Below are positions 18,073 through 27,725 of a stretch of 50,014 bases of DNA, piece by piece. The notes under the pieces were generated by a model. That model did not search any database, had not been told where the DNA came from, and was given only the letters and a program-made list of their open reading frames with translations. This DNA comes from Candidatus Pacearchaeota archaeon. Lineage in GTDB: Archaea; Nanobdellota; Nanobdellia; Pacearchaeales; GW2011-AR1. Where the stretch lies: NCBI GenBank assembly GCA_016866935.1, contig VGKS01000001.1, positions 1-50,014 of the forward strand, in the 5' to 3' direction. Each line of letters opens with the position of its first letter. Within the stretch, counting starts at the first letter, position 1. Position numbers and translations under genes: made by a program.

Positions 18073-19743
18073 TTAATTTTTAGATAATATTTTTCCAACA
18101 TAACCCTTCTTGAAATTGGGTTTTAGTTCTTTGAAGATATACTTATTCCACATTCCTTTTAGATTAAGATTGCTATCAAAAACGCTTTGTATGAATAGCA
18201 AATATGTATATAATGAAGAGTAGATCTTTTTCTTCCATCTTAATGACCTAAGGACGTTTTCATAGAGTGGCAAGAAAGAATGCTCTGCTAATTTACTGTT
18301 TACTTTAACCCCTTTTATTTTAACAAATGGGTATGAAACAAAAGATAGATCACCGTATATCCACCCTAGACCATCTTTATAATTTCTAAATTTTTCATAG
18401 TTTTTTATGAAGTATTGCTTTCTGACAAGCAGAGTTTCAATCCTTAACAGATTAACAAATTCTTTTCTTTCGAGAGTTTCATATGAATGCTTGGTTTGAA
18501 GGACCAAATAATTGCCTAGAAAAGATGACTCAACATAATAATCGCAGCAGCTTGCATTTTTCTTGCTATTATTTAAAGACAGCACCTGGAAAGTTTCCTT
18601 GAATTTAAGGTCTTTTGATTTCTTGCTTGCAAAACTTACGAAATCAGCCCCGTCAAGCTTGGGAATTATTTTATTTAGATCTTCATTCAATTCAGAAACA
18701 CTTATATGCGCTACATTCATTTCAGAGGATGTTGGATAAGCAAACTCTTTTTTCTTGCCTTCCATTATTATTTTATTGAATGCGTTTATTATCAACGAAA
18801 CAAGAGAGTAATTCTTTAGACTTTTCTCATAGATATTTTTAGCAATTCTTTTCCTTTGAGGTTCATTTTTAAGATAGAACATTATCTTTTCAAGCAAATC
18901 TTCTTTTGTCTGGAAGGTAGCTATATCTTTTCCTTCTGTAAATAATTCGTAATAACCTTTGCTAAATTCTACAAGTGAAAAAGATTTCGTGAAGCTTATT
19001 TCAGGAAGCCTGTCTAAAACATGAGTCTTTCCCTGATAATTCTTAGAGAATACTATATTTATTTTACTCTGATTGATTATTTTCTTGAATTCCTCATCTG
19101 AGACTTTTCCGCCCCAGATTTTCTTGAATTCCTCGTATTTCTCCCAGCCACTTCCAAATATCCTTACTTTAATCCCATTTTCTACCAGGTATCTGATATA
19201 CTCTGCCCTGTCTGATTTAACTGTTCCAACAAAAGTTACATCGTATATCCTTTCCAAGTTTAAAGGCTTAAAGACCTCGGGATCTGCTCCAAACATCAGA
19301 AAAGCTTTCATCCCGCGTGAAGAATATTCCTTTAGATAATCTGGCTGTGTGGTAAAAAAATAATCTATTAATGGAAAAAACAATAGATTATAGTCATAAA
19401 ACATGTTGTCATCATCCCCGTTAAAGTTGATGAACTGGGTTTTTGGAGAAACTTCTTTTATCTTTAGAAGAGTATCTATATAAAATTCCTCATAAATCAA
19501 CTGGGTAAAGAGGTAATCTGGTTTCTCTTTTTCAATCACTGCGAGAAACTTTCTGTTCATCTCATCCTTGCCTTCATTGTAAAGCACTTCCTGAGGATCA
19601 AAACTTACTACTTCACGAAATAGTTTTCTAAGAGGAGCATCCCACATCTGATACATATGATAGAATTTGTTGTGGCATGTCCAAACAGCAAACATAATCT
19701 TCTTGTCAAACTTCTTGATCATATTTTTTCGATGGTTTATCAT
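18073..19743 (-). CDS. CgeB-like (GT-B fold) glycosyltransferase with C-terminal extension
   Basis: KPDYLF, NGDDD, YDVTFVG, R..YI..L, IFGSGW, SKINIVF motifs. Confidence 0.72.
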   Translation of the reverse strand: MINHRKNMIKKFDKKIMFAVWTCHNKFYHMYQMWDAPLRKLFREVVSFDPQEVLYNEGKDEMNRKFLAVIEKEKPDYLFTQLIYEEFYIDTLLKIKEVSPKTQFINFNGDDDNMFYDYNLLFFPLIDYFFTTQPDYLKEYSSRGMKAFLMFGADPEVFKPLNLERIYDVTFVGTVKSDRAEYIRYLVENGIKVRIFGSGWEKYEEFKKIWGGKVSDEEFKKIINQSKINIVFSKNYQGKTHVLDRLPEISFTKSFSLVEFSKGYYELFTEGKDIATFQTKEDLLEKIMFYLKNEPQRKRIAKNIYEKSLKNYSLVSLIINAFNKIIMEGKKKEFAYPTSSEMNVAHISVSELNEDLNKIIPKLDGADFVSFASKKSKDLKFKETFQVLSLNNSKKNASCCDYYVESSFLGNYLVLQTKHSYETLERKEFVNLLRIETLLVRKQYFIKNYEKFRNYKDGLGWIYGDLSFVSYPFVKIKGVKVNSKLAEHSFLPLYENVLRSLRWKKKIYSSLYTYLLFIQSVFDSNLNLKGMWNKYIFKELKPNFKKGYVGKILSKN

Positions 19744-19793
19744 TTGAATACCCTACTAGAAAGTAATTTAAACGTTACCATACAGTGTGGACT

Positions 19794-20567
19794 ATGCCAA
19801 AATTGACTAATTTTCTTAAATTAACGAGATCCATACATAATTGGCCAAGCTACCTTATAGATTACTGGTTTAATAAGAAAGGAGTTTTTTCTTACAAAAC
19901 AACTGATGGAAACAAGTTCTTTATAGACTCGCGAAGCGACGATAGGTTCATACTAAATGAAATTTACGTGCATAATATTTATACCAATGGAATATTTAAG
20001 ATAAGAGAGACCGATACTATTGTAGATATAGGAGCTCACATAGGCATATTCTCTATGTATGCTGCTAAAAAAGCAAAAAATGGGCTTGTTTTCTCATACG
20101 AACCTGCTCCTAAAAACTTCTCTCTTTTAAAGAAACACACTGAAATCAACAATATAAAGAATATTAAAATATTCAATTTAGCTGTTGACAATAAAAAAGA
20201 ATTAAAGAAGTTCTATGTTGCTAGAAGTGATAGGCATAGCGGAAGACATTCATTTTACAAGCCAGAAGAGATTTCTGATGAGATAATTGTAAAGTCAACT
20301 ACTTTGGCCAGCATACTAAAAGATAATGGAATAAAAAAAATAAACCTCCTTAAATTTGACTGTGAGGGAGCTGAATATAGAATACTTCTAAATTGCAAAA
20401 AAGAAACTTTGGACAAAATAGACAGAATAACAATGGAATACCATAACCTGGATCAAAAGAGAAATGTATCTGTACTTTCTGAATTCTTAGAAAAAAATGG
20501 ATTCAAAACATTCAAACCAAAACAAGTTTATCCTACTGGAATGTTTTTTGCAATAAAAAGATACTAG
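19794..20567 (+). CDS. FkbM family methyltransferase
   Basis: IVDIGAHIGIFS, YEP, LLKFDCEGAEY, MEYH. Confidence 0.9.
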   Translation: MPKLTNFLKLTRSIHNWPSYLIDYWFNKKGVFSYKTTDGNKFFIDSRSDDRFILNEIYVHNIYTNGIFKIRETDTIVDIGAHIGIFSMYAAKKAKNGLVFSYEPAPKNFSLLKKHTEINNIKNIKIFNLAVDNKKELKKFYVARSDRHSGRHSFYKPEEISDEIIVKSTTLASILKDNGIKKINLLKFDCEGAEYRILLNCKKETLDKIDRITMEYHNLDQKRNVSVLSEFLEKNGFKTFKPKQVYPTGMFFAIKRY

Positions 20568-20624
20568 ACTCTTATTTGCTTTATTTCTTCGTTTATTACC
20601 CAATTCCTATCTAAAAATATAGCA

Positions 20625-21614
20625 TTATCCGTGAGATGAATGAGACATAGAATCTATATTCTTTTCATACCAGTTTATTGTTTTTTTTAAACCTTCTTCC
20701 AATGTATGCATCTTATTTTTAGAGGTCCAGCCAATTTCATTCTTTGCCTTGGTTATGTCTAGTACTTTATTTTTTACACCTACAAATCTGTTTGTATTAT
20801 AAACTATTTTTCCTTGATAACCTGACATTTTCTTTATTGTCTCTGCAAGCTCTTTTATTGTTGTTTCAATTCCTGTTCCTATATTAAGTATATTGCCTTC
20901 GAAATTTTGAGCAGCCATGAGCAATCCATCTATTTGGTCTTCTACAAAAATTAGCTCTCTTGTCTGAGTTCCATCTCCCCATACTTCAACTTCAGGCAAG
21001 TTATTCTTTTTAGCATTACAAAACTTTCCTACTAAAGCAGCTACAACATGAGCAGTCTTGATATTGAAATCATCGTGAGGGCCGTAAAGAGTTGCAAACA
21101 TAGGCATTGTACCCCTCAATTTGTATTGATCTTTGTATGCCTCTATTCCAACTCCCAATAAAAGCTTAGTAAATCCATAAGAGTATACGCTGTCGTGCAA
21201 AGGTCCATGATGTAAATCTTCTTCTTTCAGTTTAGGAATCGCTCCAGGATAACAACAACTGCTTCCTACTGCCACAAACTTTGCCTGTGACTGAAAATTT
21301 CTCCATGCTTCAAGAGTATTAACGTGAATTGCATTGTTTACATGAAATTGCAAACCCGTATGATGCATAGGCCAATCTGCTGCGTGCTGAAGTGCAGCCA
21401 TATGGATAATGAAGTCATATTTTACCCCTTCATGCTGCATAACTTTGTCTGCTTCTGCCTGCTTGGTCAAATCAAATTGTATTGGACCAGATTTGCTTCC
21501 AAAAACAAAATAATGTGCTCCAAGATCTTTTAGTTTATTTGTTAGATTTTTGCCTACAAAACTAGTTCCTCCGGTTATTAGAATCTTTTTTCCTTTCCAG
21601 AAACCTTTATCCAT
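20625..21614 (-). CDS. GDP-L-fucose synthase-like (Fcl/GMER) epimerase/reductase
   Basis: GSSCCYP, YGFTK, LYGPHDDF, AHVVAAL, VWGDGTQTRELIFVED; start 21614 from TATA spacing. Confidence 0.85.
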   Translation of the reverse strand: MDKGFWKGKKILITGGTSFVGKNLTNKLKDLGAHYFVFGSKSGPIQFDLTKQAEADKVMQHEGVKYDFIIHMAALQHAADWPMHHTGLQFHVNNAIHVNTLEAWRNFQSQAKFVAVGSSCCYPGAIPKLKEEDLHHGPLHDSVYSYGFTKLLLGVGIEAYKDQYKLRGTMPMFATLYGPHDDFNIKTAHVVAALVGKFCNAKKNNLPEVEVWGDGTQTRELIFVEDQIDGLLMAAQNFEGNILNIGTGIETTIKELAETIKKMSGYQGKIVYNTNRFVGVKNKVLDITKAKNEIGWTSKNKMHTLEEGLKKTINWYEKNIDSMSHSSHG

Positions 21615-21661
21615 AAAAAGATATTTAGACATCAATATATAAAGTTTATTATAAATTAAAA

Positions 21662-22462
21662 TTACTTGCGGATAGGCTTATAATCAAACATTGGATCTGA
21701 TTCGTAATCTGCATATGATGCCCTGACTGGAGTTACAAGCCTGACTGCACTGGATCTTTCTGGATGCATTATAGGGTGACTCAAACCAAGAAAGTTGCTC
21801 ATTACGAAAGGAGTTGTATGCGCGGTCAAATAAGACTTATTTCTCTCTACTTCTCCTTCTATCCCGTTAACTAATTGATTCCTTGTAAGGACTCTTGATC
21901 CTCCTTCTGTTACTAATCTCATACCCTTTGCCAAATAGTGTTTAACTCTTTCAATTTCTTCTTGAGGGATTACAGAATGAAATATGCTAATAAGCTCTGC
22001 TTGGGCTCTTGTTACTAATCCCGTATTTTTTAATTCCATTCTTTTCTTTTCTGGCAATGAAGCTACAAATTCTGCTTCTTTCAGACCCTTTCCAACACCG
22101 CCAAGATACTCTGCTAAAGAGATTCCACCGTTAGAAACGTGGAAATCAGCGTAAGGTCTTGCCCCTGCTAAAATTGCATCTCTTATTCTGTGAATTTCTT
22201 CCAATGGTGCAAAAGGAGTAGTGGTGTCTCTCAAAGTTTCGCCGTGTGGAGCTTCATTATGAAATTCTTCACATACTTCTCTTTGCCATGTTTGCCATGG
22301 AGTGGTGTCTTTAGGAGTGGGATTACCTCCAATTACATTTGCAGACAATCTGTAAGGTAAAACAGGATAAGTGAGGTCATAACGAGAAAATAGAAATTCG
22401 TCTGTTTCTGCAGATTGTACGACTGCGGCACTTGGATGATAATTAACTACTAATTTGTGCAT
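21662..22462 (-). CDS. Hypothetical protein with degenerate Nudix box
   Basis: IGGNPTPKDTTPWQTWQREVCEEF resembles G-x5-[ED]-x7/8-RE-xx-EE. Confidence 0.5.
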   Translation of the reverse strand: MHKLVVNYHPSAAVVQSAETDEFLFSRYDLTYPVLPYRLSANVIGGNPTPKDTTPWQTWQREVCEEFHNEAPHGETLRDTTTPFAPLEEIHRIRDAILAGARPYADFHVSNGGISLAEYLGGVGKGLKEAEFVASLPEKKRMELKNTGLVTRAQAELISIFHSVIPQEEIERVKHYLAKGMRLVTEGGSRVLTRNQLVNGIEGEVERNKSYLTAHTTPFVMSNFLGLSHPIMHPERSSAVRLVTPVRASYADYESDPMFDYKPIRK

Positions 22463-22474
22463 AATTGATTGCGC

Positions 22475-22972
22475 TTATTTTGAGTTTATAATCTTTTCTA
22501 TTATTTTTGAAGTAGAGATGTTTTCGAAACCTGCAGGGGCTATCCTATTAAGAACAACTATTGAAACACCAAATTTGTCTGCTATAAGTTTTCTTCCTTC
22601 GATATCAAAAGAGTCATCATTTATAATATAACTGTTTGGTCTTAATTCCATAAACATCTTTTCAATTCCCTTATGACTTTTTGGAGCATCTGAAATGTTA
22701 TCCAAAAGACAATAATCTACTGGTTTGAAGGAATCTACAGTCTTTAGACGAATATTTTCATTAAGAATTGGTCGACTATCCCCTTTATTCATTTTTGTTA
22801 ATTTGTCTGATCCTACTAAAACTACCAAAATATCCCCTTGGGATTTACAATCTTCAAAAAAGAGGATGTGGCCTGCATGTGTTAAATCAAAACCTCCCGA
22901 ACATGCCACTATCTTCTTTTCAGGGTATTTTTTTCTTAGACTTTTTAGCTCTTCAAAACCAGATAAGATCAT
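22475..22972 (-). CDS. Cytidylyltransferase-superfamily enzyme (HldE/RfaE domain II or TagD-like)
   Basis: SGGFDLTHAGH (HxGH), KGDSRPI, ISTSKII; start at ATG 22972. Confidence 0.85.
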   Translation of the reverse strand: MILSGFEELKSLRKKYPEKKIVACSGGFDLTHAGHILFFEDCKSQGDILVVLVGSDKLTKMNKGDSRPILNENIRLKTVDSFKPVDYCLLDNISDAPKSHKGIEKMFMELRPNSYIINDDSFDIEGRKLIADKFGVSIVVLNRIAPAGFENISTSKIIEKIINSK

Positions 22973-23049
22973 AAAAATTTTACCTGACAATCATTTATAA
23001 TGTTTACGGTAACCAATTAGTTTATATACGCTTATTTCAGATTAAAATC

Positions 23050-24006
23050 ATGTTTAAAGAAAAGGTATTAATCACCGGAGGAGCTGGCTATATAGGAAGC
23101 GTTATTACAGAGCATTTACTATCTGCAGGATACAAAGTAACATGCCTGGACAATTTAAGCCTGGGACAAAAGTCACTATTTTCCTATGCACATAACCCAA
23201 ATTTTAATTTCATTTATGGAGATGTAAGAAATAAAGAATTGATGGAAAAAGTAATTCCTGAATTTGATGTAATCATACCCCTTGCCGCTATTGTGGGTAT
23301 GCCTGCATGCGATGCAAAACCTATGGAAGCTAAGTCAACTAATTATGAGGCAATTGTAATGCTTGATAAAATTAGAAAACCTCATCAAAAGATAATCTAT
23401 CCCACTACAAACAGCGGTTATGGAACTAAATCAGGAACAGTATTCTGCACGGAGGAGACTCCTTTGGAGCCAATATCATTATACGGAAACACAAAAGTGA
23501 ATGCTGAAAGATATTTGCTTGAATCAGGAAAGAATGGCAAGCCGGCAATTACATTGAGACTTGCCACTGTATTTGGGACTTCTCCAAGAATGAGGACTGA
23601 CCTCTTGGTTAATGATTTTGTTCTGAAGGCGATGAGAGATGGGTACATTATTATTTACGAAAAAGACTTCAAGAGAAACTATATCCACATAAGAGATGTA
23701 GCACGATGCTTTGAGCATTGCATCAAAAATTTTGATGCTATGAAAAATGAGCCTTACAATGTAGGACTAGACGATGCGAACCTCTCAAAGGCAGAACTTG
23801 CTGAGAAAATAAAAGGATATATAAAAAAGTTTGAGATTGTATACAAAGAAGTTGGAGAAGACCCTGACAAAAGAAACTATATCGTATCAAATAAGAAAAT
23901 AATTAATGCGGGATTCGCTCCAGTTTATTCATTAGATGACGGAATAAAAGAGCTTATCAAAGGCTATAGCCTTTTAATGAAAAATGATCCTTACAAAAAT
24001 GTATAA
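23050..24006 (+). CDS. NAD-dependent SDR, Cj1427-like GDP-D-glycero-D-manno-heptose C4-dehydrogenase
   Basis: TGGAGYIG, IIPLAAIVG, YPTTNSGYG, PISLYGNTK, RLATVFGTSPRMRTDLLVNDF, GEDPDKRNYIVSN match my recollection of C. jejuni Cj1427. Confidence 0.8.
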   Translation: MFKEKVLITGGAGYIGSVITEHLLSAGYKVTCLDNLSLGQKSLFSYAHNPNFNFIYGDVRNKELMEKVIPEFDVIIPLAAIVGMPACDAKPMEAKSTNYEAIVMLDKIRKPHQKIIYPTTNSGYGTKSGTVFCTEETPLEPISLYGNTKVNAERYLLESGKNGKPAITLRLATVFGTSPRMRTDLLVNDFVLKAMRDGYIIIYEKDFKRNYIHIRDVARCFEHCIKNFDAMKNEPYNVGLDDANLSKAELAEKIKGYIKKFEIVYKEVGEDPDKRNYIVSNKKIINAGFAPVYSLDDGIKELIKGYSLLMKNDPYKNV

Positions 24007-26120
24007 TGGAATCAACACTACAGGATAAACCCTCAATAAGATCTGCTTTAGAAGAAAAGAATAAGAAAAAGTTAGATGTAAGTGCCTTAATACTAGCAGG
24101 AGGATTTGGGACAAGGTTAAGATCTGTAGTAAATGATGTTCCAAAGCCTATGGCTTTAATTGCAGGAAAACCATTTTTAGAACACCAAATAAGATACCTC
24201 AAAGAACAGGGAATAACAAACATTGTTATTGCAGTCCACTATGAATCTGATAAGATAAAATCCTATTTTGGAGATGGAAGATTATGGTATGTTGATATAA
24301 CTTATTCTGACGAGGATATCCCGCTAGGGACTGCTGGAGCAATAGCAAATGCAAAAAAGTATTTTGATGATACATTTATAGTATTAAATGGAGACACTTA
24401 TTCTCCGCTTGACATCGAAAAGATGCTTGAATTTCACAAAGCTAAGAGAAGCAACTTTACCATGGCCCTTCACAAATCCGAAGATGTTTCAGAATATGGC
24501 AAAGTATTGCTTGAAGGGAACAAAATAACTGGATTAATGGAAAAAGAGCATATAGGAAACGGCTTCATAAATAGAGGAATTTACATTTTCGAACCAAGGA
24601 TATTCAATTATATAGAAGAAGGAAAAAATGTTTCTTTAGAAAAAGAGATATTTCCTTTGATAATAAAAGAAAACTCTCTATTTGGATACTTTGACGAATC
24701 TTATTTTATAGATATAGGGAGACCTGAAACTTATTACAAGTTCAAACAAGATATGATAAAGTCAATTTTTGTCAAAAAAGATTTGTCTATAAAAGATGCA
24801 CTCTACAAGATAGGGGAAACAGGAATCAATCTTATACTTGTAGTTGATGAAGAAGGAAAACTAAAGGGTGTATTCAATGAAAGATTTGGAAGAGATCATT
24901 TCCTAAGAGGTGGAAGCGTAAACGACCCTGTTGAAAAAGCAATGATTATCGATCCAGTTATTGGCCGAACAGATGATGAAAAGTTAAAAATAGATGAATT
25001 ATTAATGTCAGGAATAAACCATCTTCCAATTGTAGATTTAAACGGTGTTGTCAGGGATGTAGAATTCAGAAAGGAAAAAATTACAAATTCCACCTCTACC
25101 CCTATAGTAAGGGGTCGTGCTCCATTAAGAATAAGCTTCTCTGGAGGAGGAACTGACCTCCCTAGCTTCTTTGAGAAACATGGAGGGGTTGTAATAAGCG
25201 CAACAATTGACAAATATTGCTATGCTACTTTAGTAAAGAGGGCTGATTCCAAAATAATAATAGATTCTGACATGACTGAAGAAAATGACGTATTTGTGGA
25301 TAGTATAAAGGACCTTAAATATGACGGCAACTTTGACCTTATCAAAGCAATAATAAAAGTTATTAAACCTGATTTTGGATTTGAGATATATCTCCATAAT
25401 GATGTACCTCCTGGAAGAGGCCTTGGTTCCTCTGCAAGTCTAAGCGTTTTATTGATAAGTATGTTTGCCCAAATGCAGGACTTAAAATTTGATGATTATA
25501 AGATAGCAGAGCTTGCTTACAAAGCAGAGAGAGAAGAACTAAAAATAAAAGGTGGATGGCAGGATCAGTATGCTGCTATAACAGGTGGTTTCAATTTCAT
25601 GGAATTTAATGGTGACAAAACCATAATTTACCCTCTTAGACTTAAAGAACACATTACGTACGAGCTAAATGAAAGAATGATGCTCTGTTATGTTGGCAAC
25701 GACCACAGCTCTGCAGAACTCCATGAATCCCAACAGCAGTCGATTCAACAAAATGAAACAGAGATTGTAAACTGTCTAAATGAAACCAAAAAATTTGCAG
25801 TAGAGATAAAAGACTATATCCTCACTAACAATCTTGATGCAATAGGAAGCATACTCCATAAATCTTGGATGAATAAAAAGAAACTTTCTAACAAAATGGC
25901 TAATCCAAGAATAGACAAGTTGTACGAAACAGGCCTAAAAAACGGAGCCCTTGGCGGAAGGCTCCTAGGAGCAGGTGGCGGAGGATACCTATTATTTTTC
26001 TATTCTCCAAGAAAGAGAAACCAGTTAAGGAGAGCTTTAGAAAAAGATGGAGGAAAAATACTTGACTTTAATTTTGAATCTGGCGGAACAGTAGTTTGGA
26101 AGGTAAAATCTAAATTTTAA
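24006..26120 (+). CDS. Fusion: HddC-like heptose-1-P guanylyltransferase + CBS pair + HddA-like heptose-7-P kinase (GHMP)
   Basis: LAGGFGTRL…PKPM, PLGTAGA, FIDIG; CBS (VVDEEGKLKG, HLPIVD); RAPLRISFSGGGTD, PPGRGLGSS, GWQDQY, GAGGGG. Confidence 0.88.
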   Translation: MESTLQDKPSIRSALEEKNKKKLDVSALILAGGFGTRLRSVVNDVPKPMALIAGKPFLEHQIRYLKEQGITNIVIAVHYESDKIKSYFGDGRLWYVDITYSDEDIPLGTAGAIANAKKYFDDTFIVLNGDTYSPLDIEKMLEFHKAKRSNFTMALHKSEDVSEYGKVLLEGNKITGLMEKEHIGNGFINRGIYIFEPRIFNYIEEGKNVSLEKEIFPLIIKENSLFGYFDESYFIDIGRPETYYKFKQDMIKSIFVKKDLSIKDALYKIGETGINLILVVDEEGKLKGVFNERFGRDHFLRGGSVNDPVEKAMIIDPVIGRTDDEKLKIDELLMSGINHLPIVDLNGVVRDVEFRKEKITNSTSTPIVRGRAPLRISFSGGGTDLPSFFEKHGGVVISATIDKYCYATLVKRADSKIIIDSDMTEENDVFVDSIKDLKYDGNFDLIKAIIKVIKPDFGFEIYLHNDVPPGRGLGSSASLSVLLISMFAQMQDLKFDDYKIAELAYKAEREELKIKGGWQDQYAAITGGFNFMEFNGDKTIIYPLRLKEHITYELNERMMLCYVGNDHSSAELHESQQQSIQQNETEIVNCLNETKKFAVEIKDYILTNNLDAIGSILHKSWMNKKKLSNKMANPRIDKLYETGLKNGALGGRLLGAGGGGYLLFFYSPRKRNQLRRALEKDGGKILDFNFESGGTVVWKVKSKF

Positions 26121-26149
26121 AATCTATTTAATTATTATTTAAATCAAAA

Positions 26150-27685
26150 CTAGATTTTGCTTAACTTCATTTTTTTAAGAAAACTTTTTACTAATGACAA
26201 ATCGTAGCGGTCTAGGCTTCCTATGGCAAATAATGCAAGGAAATAAATTAAAGAATAAACCACTAACATCATCAGTGAAGGAATTATGGCACTTATTCCA
26301 AGATAATATTTAATGAATAATAATAGGATCCCCATAATCAATGCAAGCCCGATTACTCTTATAGATAGTCTTCTGGCCAGCTTTATTCTTACATAATAAT
26401 AAGACTGGAATGTGGCTAAAAAGAATAAAATTATCCATACTATGCTTGTTGCCCAAGCTACTCCAGTCATCCCGTACTTTGTTACCAGAATAACCCCTAA
26501 AATTAGATTAATAGATCCGATAATTATAAGATTAAACAAGATAGTCCTTGATTTACCCTTCATAGAAAGAAGGTTTGTAGATATACTTGTTAATGAAGAG
26601 AAGATTCCTCCTATTGCAAGAATCCTTAAGGCAGGACTGGCGGACAAATACATATCTCCGAATAGAACAGATACCAAAGTTTCTGGGAATACAATCATCG
26701 CAGTGAATATAGGAACATTAAGAATTAATATCCATTTAGAGATCTGTTTGCTAATTTCTTCTATAACATTATCATTTTTCTTTGAATATTCCTTAAGAAT
26801 TAAAGGTAAGAAGAGCTGCATGAATAATTCAGGCGCAACCCCTAAGAGAGATACTATGGTAAATGCTGCCCCATAAATTCCTACACTAGAAACATCTAAA
26901 AAGTAACCTAAGACCAGGGAGTCTATCCAATAAACAAGAGATGCAATCAAACCTGCAAACATCATCGGCCACGAATAAGAGAATAGAGCTTTCCTAATGG
27001 GGGTTGTTTTTTCTTTATCAAGATTTTCTTCAGAGTATATCTTCTTTAGCATAACTCTTACAGTAAAATAGGCGAATATTGCCATTACAATTACCCCTAT
27101 CATATAAGATCCAACTATGGCTTGACTTCTGAAACCAAGAGATATAAGAAGAATTATCCCTAAAAGTTTTGAGAGATTGTGTACTACGTTTATTATCAAG
27201 GTGTAGCGGAATATTTGTTGTTTAGCCCTTATTATAGAAAGAAAGATATTAGAAACCAGTGTCAAAATTATTGTAAAGCTAAAAGCTTTAAGAAAAGGAG
27301 TAAGTTTTGGATCCCTAAATAGAGTTTCTGCGATATACTCTGAGGAAAAAAACATCAATACAGTGGCAACTAATGCAGAGATTAGAGTAATATTAATACA
27401 AATCCTAACCAGAAACTTCAATTTCTTGAAGTCTTTGCTGTAAATTGAAAAATATCTCAACAATCCGTCAGATAACCCTAATGACGCTGCAGTAGAAAAA
27501 AGAGTGACTATTACAATCGCAAGGGAAAATATACCATAAGATTCAGGACCGAAGTTTCTTGCAATAATAAATTTGTATATGTAAGTAAGCAATTTTGATA
27601 AAAAGACTCCTACAAATACTATTACGGATCCTTTTGCAAGAAGAGCCAGGGATTTACCAATTTCTTCTCCGTCTTTAGTTACCAT
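26150..27685 (-). CDS. Oligosaccharide flippase (Wzx/MOP family)
   Basis: Multi-TM protein; ARNFGPESYG, LFSYSWP, DSLVLG…VGIYGAA, YGMTGVAWATS. Confidence 0.88.
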   Translation of the reverse strand: MVTKDGEEIGKSLALLAKGSVIVFVGVFLSKLLTYIYKFIIARNFGPESYGIFSLAIVIVTLFSTAASLGLSDGLLRYFSIYSKDFKKLKFLVRICINITLISALVATVLMFFSSEYIAETLFRDPKLTPFLKAFSFTIILTLVSNIFLSIIRAKQQIFRYTLIINVVHNLSKLLGIILLISLGFRSQAIVGSYMIGVIVMAIFAYFTVRVMLKKIYSEENLDKEKTTPIRKALFSYSWPMMFAGLIASLVYWIDSLVLGYFLDVSSVGIYGAAFTIVSLLGVAPELFMQLFLPLILKEYSKKNDNVIEEISKQISKWILILNVPIFTAMIVFPETLVSVLFGDMYLSASPALRILAIGGIFSSLTSISTNLLSMKGKSRTILFNLIIIGSINLILGVILVTKYGMTGVAWATSIVWIILFFLATFQSYYYVRIKLARRLSIRVIGLALIMGILLLFIKYYLGISAIIPSLMMLVVYSLIYFLALFAIGSLDRYDLSLVKSFLKKMKLSKI

Positions 27686-27725
27686 TATTTATTTAATTCA
27701 AGGAGTTATTTAAAACCCTTTAGGA

